IMG/VR virus record: IMGVR_UViG_3300005573_000937
Span: 1 to 30,172 of that record
Direction: 5' to 3' (one strand)
Length of the DNA: 30,172 nucleotides
Origin: a virus
Lineage: Duplodnaviria; Caudoviricetes
The position numbers were made by a program, and so were the translations under genes. The notes beneath the pieces were generated by a model. The model was not told where the DNA came from. It saw only the letters and a program-made list of their open reading frames with translations, and did no database searches. This document shows, piece by piece, positions 24,288 to 30,172 of this stretch (positions within the stretch are counted from its first letter, which is position 1; every line of letters begins with the position of its first letter).

Positions 24288-26929
24288 CAGTATCCCAACC
24301 TGCCCACACCAAGATAGCTCGTCCCAACTTTGAAATAGCCTCCAGCTGTGTTAGCAGTCGTATAGGCATACATGTCCGAGAGCGGGACGCCTGTCCAGGT
24401 CTCCTCCCAACGCTGCCCAAACGTGCCTTCGCGACGCAGGAGGACGATATCAGTGTCCAACTGCGTCACGGCATCGGTGATATCGAGAGTGATCACTGAG
24501 CCTACCTTGAGATCGGGATTACCCGGAATCGGACCGAGTGTTACCAGGAGCGGCGGCCGGCTGCTACGGAATGCCCGCAGCTTGGCCACCAGTTGGGCCT
24601 GAGCAATTGTCTGCAACGTGTAGCGGACGCGATCCGTTGTCGGCCGGATGTCGGAACGGCGTTGGATGTCCAGCAGATTCAGCGTCTCGCTATATTCCTG
24701 GTCGGGATCACGTGAGATCGGCCGGGCCGTCACCTCGAACTTATCTATCACCATCGCATGCATGGAGTTCGAGTTGACGAAGACCACGTCACTGCTCTTC
24801 GCATACTGTGGTTGCCAGGGCGTGCTGTTGTCCGGGTTCTTGACGGTCAGATTGCTATTCAGGCTCACGCCGCCGGCCGTGCGAGCATTGGTTTCGAGTG
24901 AGACCATCTGCCCGATCGGGTAATTGAAATGCACCGTCTCCGTGCTATTGCTGCCGGGCGGCACAACGAATGGTTCCGTCGGTTGGTAGACGACGGTCGC
25001 CTGGCCCAGGGCGGTCGGCTGATAGTGGGCCACCACTTTGTCAAACACGTTGGCGTCGTCGTAATTGAGCTGGACCTCTTCCGCCAGACTAACGCTGTAC
25101 GTCGCTTCGCTCGCCGCTCCTACCCAGTGCGCCCAAGCCCAATACTTGAGCTTGCCATCCTGCGGATCAACCCAGCAGATGCCACTCTCGCTTTCCGCTG
25201 CCTCGCGCATCTTGCTGAGGCAGTCCTCTTCGTCGGCATACCACCAAGGAACCACGGTATAGGCCCGGTCCAGTTCTGTGTCGCTGAAACTGACCGCTGT
25301 TGCCAGAGTGCTGATGATCTCGTCCGCCCGCAGCGCATCACCGCCATCACCGCCATCACCGTAACCGAGTGTGCTCGGCCGGTCCTGGAGCAGATCGGTA
25401 TCATAGCCATTCACGGTCAACGTGACCGTGGCGTCGCGGTTGCTCTGCGGTGCTTTCTGGATGCGGCCAATGAAAATCTGCGTGTTCGTTCCCGAATAGC
25501 CGGCACTGAACCGGCAGCGGAGCAGGCTCAGGCCATATGTGGCCGCCATGCTGCCACTCACCGTTTTGGAGTAACGGCCATCGTGATTGTCGAGTCTCAC
25601 CGAGAGCGTGGATGGGATCGGCTGCCCCAGGTCGGCAATCGCTCCCCGTGCACCGGTCACGCCATACGAGTAGGAGACCGGGCCGACAATCCGGGCGGTC
25701 TCATCTACCCAATTAGTACCATCCCACTGGATCTCGAAGCCGCGCGTGGGGCTGGCATTCTGGCTGAGGGCTGGGATTACTGTACCGGTCGCTGCCACCT
25801 CGACATAGAGCGAGGTGAGCGATATGGTGTTGGACTCGGCATCAGTAACTTGTAAGCCAAACTGCGCTGCATTGATCTGGGCTGCGGTCCAGGCGGCGTT
25901 GGTGGCTGGGTTCTTGCTGATAGTCTCAAACCAAGGCACCTCATAGGTACCTGGCTCTGCGAACCAGACACCCCAACCGCCAGCACCAAAGTCTTCCGCA
26001 TACTCAGTGCCCCCAAGGATCAGCAGGCGCTTGAAGCGCCCACCCCGGTCACTGGTATCAAGCACCGGGTTGTATTGTAGCCCCAGGATGCCCGCCAGAC
26101 TGGGCAGCCCGCCATAGGCATAGCTGTCCTTGACTCCATCGGTAGTGGTTCTTACGTCAGTGGTAACGCCATCCTGGGGTGTATCATCCACGCATTCCCA
26201 GTTGTAGCCAGCAGAAGGCGTGAATTGGCTATACTGGCCTGGGCCAGACGGCTTGATGCCATAGACATGCGCCGTCCCCATCCAATCATCTGCTATTACA
26301 ATGTCATCAAAATACCCGGCCACATGCCCACAGCCGAACCAGGCATAGCTAAACGAGAATGCCCCTACATCTTCGATGAAAGAGCCGGACAGGATGGTGG
26401 CGCCCGTGTAGTCAATGTCCAAGACGCCGTCAATCTTGACCTGGCAAATGCCAGCGCTCGTCTTGTCTGCCTTGACGCGCATCTCAATGGTGTGCTCTGT
26501 GTTGAGAGTGAGCACATGCGTGCCCGTAGCCAGCACAGTCCGGTAGGGTGCGCTGGTGGTGTATGCCCACAGTTTTAGGTGCCCCGTGGCAGCGTCAATG
26601 CATACAGCCAAGAAGCACTCACCGTGCCCCGTGTTTGAGGCGACAATGACGTTAGGCGGGTCCAGACTGCCGGCGCTATAGCTGGTGAGATAGCACCAAA
26701 ACGAACAGACCGCCTCGGTTGGCGCAGGGAAATACCAATCTGAGCGTGTTGTTTCGACATAGAGCCAGCCATTGTCCGTGCCATCCAGCAGGGCGCTGTA
26801 ATTGCTGGCGCTACCATGTTTGGCACTTGAGATGCTGGCCCCAGAGCCATAGTTACCGGATGTTACACCCGATTGCTCGAATGACTGGCCCTCGAACCCG
26901 GCGATCCCATAGACAGTGGTTACAGGCAT
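24287..26929 (-). CDS. Minor tail protein (lectin-like N-terminus plus hub/Tal-like C-terminus)
   Basis: 880 aa; GYFDDIVIAD is LamG-like; LSVRLDNHDGRY and IFIGRI are typical of tail hub proteins. Confidence 0.7.
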   Translation of the reverse strand: MPVTTVYGIAGFEGQSFEQSGVTSGNYGSGASISSAKHGSASNYSALLDGTDNGWLYVETTRSDWYFPAPTEAVCSFWCYLTSYSAGSLDPPNVIVASNTGHGECFLAVCIDAATGHLKLWAYTTSAPYRTVLATGTHVLTLNTEHTIEMRVKADKTSAGICQVKIDGVLDIDYTGATILSGSFIEDVGAFSFSYAWFGCGHVAGYFDDIVIADDWMGTAHVYGIKPSGPGQYSQFTPSAGYNWECVDDTPQDGVTTDVRTTTDGVKDSYAYGGLPSLAGILGLQYNPVLDTSDRGGRFKRLLILGGTEYAEDFGAGGWGVWFAEPGTYEVPWFETISKNPATNAAWTAAQINAAQFGLQVTDAESNTISLTSLYVEVAATGTVIPALSQNASPTRGFEIQWDGTNWVDETARIVGPVSYSYGVTGARGAIADLGQPIPSTLSVRLDNHDGRYSKTVSGSMAATYGLSLLRCRFSAGYSGTNTQIFIGRIQKAPQSNRDATVTLTVNGYDTDLLQDRPSTLGYGDGGDGGDALRADEIISTLATAVSFSDTELDRAYTVVPWWYADEEDCLSKMREAAESESGICWVDPQDGKLKYWAWAHWVGAASEATYSVSLAEEVQLNYDDANVFDKVVAHYQPTALGQATVVYQPTEPFVVPPGSNSTETVHFNYPIGQMVSLETNARTAGGVSLNSNLTVKNPDNSTPWQPQYAKSSDVVFVNSNSMHAMVIDKFEVTARPISRDPDQEYSETLNLLDIQRRSDIRPTTDRVRYTLQTIAQAQLVAKLRAFRSSRPPLLVTLGPIPGNPDLKVGSVITLDITDAVTQLDTDIVLLRREGTFGQRWEETWTGVPLSDMYAYTTANTAGGYFKVGTSYLGVGRLGY

Positions 26930-27273
26930 TATGCTGTCGTCTCCCGCAGGACGAGCCGCACATCATGAGTCATATTGTCCGCCATCAGCGCGTCACTCCA
27001 GTCCACGACCTTCACGGTGTATGTCTCTGAGAGATGATTCACGAACGTGACCGTACTGCCGTAGGCGGCCTCAATGGCACTGACCAGGCTGCTATAGTCA
27101 CTGCCCTTCACCGCCAGGCGCAACGTGAACTCATAGCGGCTGGTGACGTAGTGCTCACCCTCCGAGCCATCCAAAAACAGCCAGTCCTGGCCGACACGGA
27201 CGCGCTTGCGGCTATAACCATCGCGCGCTAGCGGATTTCTCAGTCCCGAGGTCGCCCCCAATGTCCAGGTCAT
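26929..27273 (-). CDS. Distal tail-like protein
   Basis: 114 aa directly after the tape measure gene; ends VRLVLRE. Confidence 0.6.
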   Translation of the reverse strand: MTWTLGATSGLRNPLARDGYSRKRVRVGQDWLFLDGSEGEHYVTSRYEFTLRLAVKGSDYSSLVSAIEAAYGSTVTFVNHLSETYTVKVVDWSDALMADNMTHDVRLVLRETTA

Positions 27274-27298
27274 CGTAGTATGTTGCCCTCACCCCGAA

Positions 27299-30172
27299 TC
27301 ACGGTTGACCGCCCGGATAAATATAAGGCTGGAGATAGGGCCAGAGCCCGCCGGCCATGGATTTGAGCAAACCAGCGTCCATGCCCTTGATGCCCTCATT
27401 GATGCCACTCTTGAGCGCATCCGCAGCGGCATTGCCCAACCCCTTGAAGTTGATCGCCGACCAGGCGATACCAAAAGCTGCTCCCGCCGTCTCGGCGCCA
27501 CTTCTGCCCCAGGCTTCGAAGTCTATCCCGCCCAACCCGGCCTGGACGGTGGCCGCTGGCACTGCTGGCGCCTGGACAGCGGCTGCTGCTGGCGCTGCCG
27601 TTGCCACACCCGAGCCGAGCAGCTGCTGCAAGATCGCAAGAGTGTTCGCCCCCGCTGGCGCCGCCGCTCCAGGCGTCGGATACATCAGTTGATACTGCTG
27701 ATACAGGTCGAGCACCGGGTTGGCGTATTGCTCATTCGAATAGCCGCCACCGTACCCCACTGCCAGTGCCTTCTTCAGGTCATCTGGGAACTGTTGCAGT
27801 GCTCCCTTCAGGATTGCTACCGAATCGGCGATGTTCGTCGCTGGTTCGAGCAGTTCCTCGCTGGTGTGGCGGTTCTTGAAGACGCCACCATAACGATCGC
27901 TCACGTCCGAGGGCATCACCTGGCCGAGCCCAGTTGCCATGCTCGTCGGATTGATCGCACTGGGGTTGAAGCGGCTCTCGAAATAGAGCACGGCTCGCAC
28001 CAAGTTAGCATCAACCCCCTGACGCTCCGACTCAGCCCGAATGAGTGCATCTATTTCCGGTGGCACTGGTGCCGCCACGAGGCCACTCTGCCCCACTCCA
28101 CCACCACCTGCCTGGCTGATCAGGCTGGCGGCATTGGATAGGTCGCTTGCTGCCCCGCTCAGCCCTGTCGCCGCGTCACCGAGCGACGGGCCGACTTGAG
28201 AGACGACCTGGTCAATCAGCTGTTGTTGTGTCAACTGATTCTGGGCCTGGGTCTTGTAAGCCTCGATCAAGGCCGGCATATCATAATCCGACGGAACGCG
28301 CGGCTTCAGTAGATACTCGGCCGCCATCACCGCCGCCGTATGGGCGTCGGCAGTCAGGGGAATGCCGGCCCGCGTCGCTGTCTCGGCATAGTACGGTTGT
28401 TTCATCGTGTTCAGCGTGTCCTGGGCGATCGCCGCCAACCGATCCAGGAACTCTGTCGGCTTCGTTGGCGTCCCCTGGCCCTCACGCAAGAGCGTCTGAA
28501 CAGCGATACTGTTATAGTCCTGCGTATCCTTGAGCAGGCCCTTGATCGTGTCCTTCATGGTGCTCAGGGCTGTCTCGGCTTTTGAGGCGGCTTTCTGTGC
28601 CTCGGCGAGCTGCTCCGCTACTTTGCGCGTTGCTTCGCTCTCGGCGAACTGGCCCATTGCTCGCCAGTATTCGCTCTCGGTGGCATACCATTCACGCTGT
28701 GGCACGACGATGCCCTGGAGAATATCGCGGGCGCGGATCATCTCGCGGTTGTATTCTTCTTGGGCTTCAGTCAGGTCTTGTTGTTCATGGTAGGCCTTGC
28801 CTGTAGCGGCCTCTTGCGCCGGCGTCCAGACGCCGCCCATGCCAGCCGTACCGTGTACACCCATAAGACCACCGGCCGGGGCGGCAGCGATATCCTGCTG
28901 CCACATCTGCTGCTGCGTGCTTGGCAGTCCCTCGGTGACGATGTGCATGCGAATCTTCAGATCGCGGTCTGTCAAAGACTGGACAGCACCACCAAGTGTC
29001 TGGACTTTCTCTGTCAGTTCATCAACTGCCGCGCTTGTACCATGTGCTTTCTCGGTGGCGACGCCCAGTTTGTTAGCCAGCTCGGTAACCCAGGGTGGCA
29101 GCGTCACGCCTGCGAACAGACGGTCTAGCTTCGGTGCTAGTTCCGTTCCGATAATGTTGCCGAGCTCTCTAAACGCGCCTGTAATCAGCTGTATCGCTGG
29201 CAATGCTGGAGCCGGCAGCAGCTTTTCTTGTAGACTAGGCATACCTCCAAGCTGTTGCTCGATATCTTGCAGCTTGGCGGTCTCCGTGATAACTGGCGAC
29301 AGCAGCTTAGAGACACCGGCTACCTCCTGTGACAGCCGGTTGATGCTCGGGGTTGCTGCCATAGCGGCCGTATCGCTAAGGTCTTTCAGGGCAACACGCA
29401 GCCGCTGTGCTCCGTCCGCTGCCCCTTCGGCCCCTTGCCGCCAGCCAGGCATATTAGCGTCAGCCGCCTTGACCACTGCATTCCAGATCGCCATCTGTTG
29501 CTCAGCAGTCGTAAGCTCGGACGCGGTTTTGTGGACGCTGGCAGCGTAGGCCTCCATCGCCTGGGCTTGATCAATCTTGATACCGGCAGCCTGCAACGGC
29601 CTGGCCATGGCGCGGCTGACACCCTCACTGATCTCAGTCAAGAGCGTCATCGTGTCGCCGCCAGTCTCTACTGCCGCCGCACGAGCAAGCTTGATCATGT
29701 CGACGAACTGGGCCGACATTGTGTTGCCGGTCATGAGCATGACACGGTTGTACTGCTGCATCATGTCAGATGCATCAACAGTACCTGCCGCAGCCTCTTC
29801 AAAGGCCCTGCGCATTGCATCGCCAGTGGTGCCGGCAGTTTGTGCAAGCTCATCGAAATGGCGCTGCATATTGATGAGCTGGCCGCCTTCCAGGCCCATG
29901 CCAAGCCATTTGTCGAAGGTTATTCCCAGGCCCTTACCAACCATGCCTAGGCTGCCAAGCTGCATGATTGTGTTCAGGCTCTGGCCAAAAGCATTGACCG
30001 AGTCAGCCGCGCCCTTGGCACTCGTCGAGACTTTGTCGAAGCTCTCGCTGCCCTTAGCACCGCTGTTCTGCAGCTGACCGCCGGCATTCTGTGCTTCAGC
30101 ACCAGCACGGCGGATTGTCTCTGCTACCTGGTCAACAGCCGGTGCCGTCGCCCCGAGAGCGCGCGTTCCTTC
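27299..30172 (-). CDS. Tail tape measure protein with SLT lytic transglycosylase domain (5' truncated)
   Basis: Frame stays open past 29965 to the window edge; Ala/Gln-rich helical; LVRAVLYFESRFNPSA...GLGQVMP. Confidence 0.9.
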   Translation of the reverse strand, partial: EGTRALGATAPAVDQVAETIRRAGAEAQNAGGQLQNSGAKGSESFDKVSTSAKGAADSVNAFGQSLNTIMQLGSLGMVGKGLGITFDKWLGMGLEGGQLINMQRHFDELAQTAGTTGDAMRRAFEEAAAGTVDASDMMQQYNRVMLMTGNTMSAQFVDMIKLARAAAVETGGDTMTLLTEISEGVSRAMARPLQAAGIKIDQAQAMEAYAASVHKTASELTTAEQQMAIWNAVVKAADANMPGWRQGAEGAADGAQRLRVALKDLSDTAAMAATPSINRLSQEVAGVSKLLSPVITETAKLQDIEQQLGGMPSLQEKLLPAPALPAIQLITGAFRELGNIIGTELAPKLDRLFAGVTLPPWVTELANKLGVATEKAHGTSAAVDELTEKVQTLGGAVQSLTDRDLKIRMHIVTEGLPSTQQQMWQQDIAAAPAGGLMGVHGTAGMGGVWTPAQEAATGKAYHEQQDLTEAQEEYNREMIRARDILQGIVVPQREWYATESEYWRAMGQFAESEATRKVAEQLAEAQKAASKAETALSTMKDTIKGLLKDTQDYNSIAVQTLLREGQGTPTKPTEFLDRLAAIAQDTLNTMKQPYYAETATRAGIPLTADAHTAAVMAAEYLLKPRVPSDYDMPALIEAYKTQAQNQLTQQQLIDQVVSQVGPSLGDAATGLSGAASDLSNAASLISQAGGGGVGQSGLVAAPVPPEIDALIRAESERQGVDANLVRAVLYFESRFNPSAINPTSMATGLGQVMPSDVSDRYGGVFKNRHTSEELLEPATNIADSVAILKGALQQFPDDLKKALAVGYGGGYSNEQYANPVLDLYQQYQLMYPTPGAAAPAGANTLAILQQLLGSGVATAAPAAAAVQAPAVPAATVQAGLGGIDFEAWGRSGAETAGAAFGIAWSAINFKGLGNAAADALKSGINEGIKGMDAGLLKSMAGGLWPYLQPYIYPGGQP

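Noticed and set aside
25339-25360. CACCGCCAT tandem repeat
   Set aside because: Encodes a short GDGGDGGD stretch in a tail protein; no sign of phase variation or a DGR (no reverse transcriptase in the window).

Overview
The whole window is temperate tailed-phage DNA, almost all coded on the minus strand. In transcription order it runs: tape measure (cut by the right edge), tail genes, multidomain endolysin, a separately promoted operon of small accessory genes, a candidate intact attP with a large serine integrase, a cI/cro switch, and recombination/replication genes (PD-(D/E)XK nuclease, SSB, primase-helicase, candidate iteron origin, phage-encoded beta clamp). It then continues through an array-less type IV-B CRISPR-Cas module (csf1-cas11-csf2-cysH-like-csf3), RusA, holin, TerS, TerL and portal (cut by the left edge). 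Phage genes on both sides of int/attP suggest the excised or free form. The host may be Chloroflexota, but that is weak inference. Highlights: (1) the IV-B module is translationally coupled inside the replication operon, and its Csf1 ends in a QLTLF clamp-binding-like motif near the phage's own clamp gene; (2) a stand-alone Csx3/Crn3-like ring nuclease sits in an Acr-like operon with a consensus promoter and a repeated pseudoknot-like RNA motif; (3) a candidate SOS-controlled antirepressor lies antisense to cI; (4) a candidate antisense sRNA and several micro-ORFs are missing from the ORF track. All family calls come from motif recognition by eye, not database searches.
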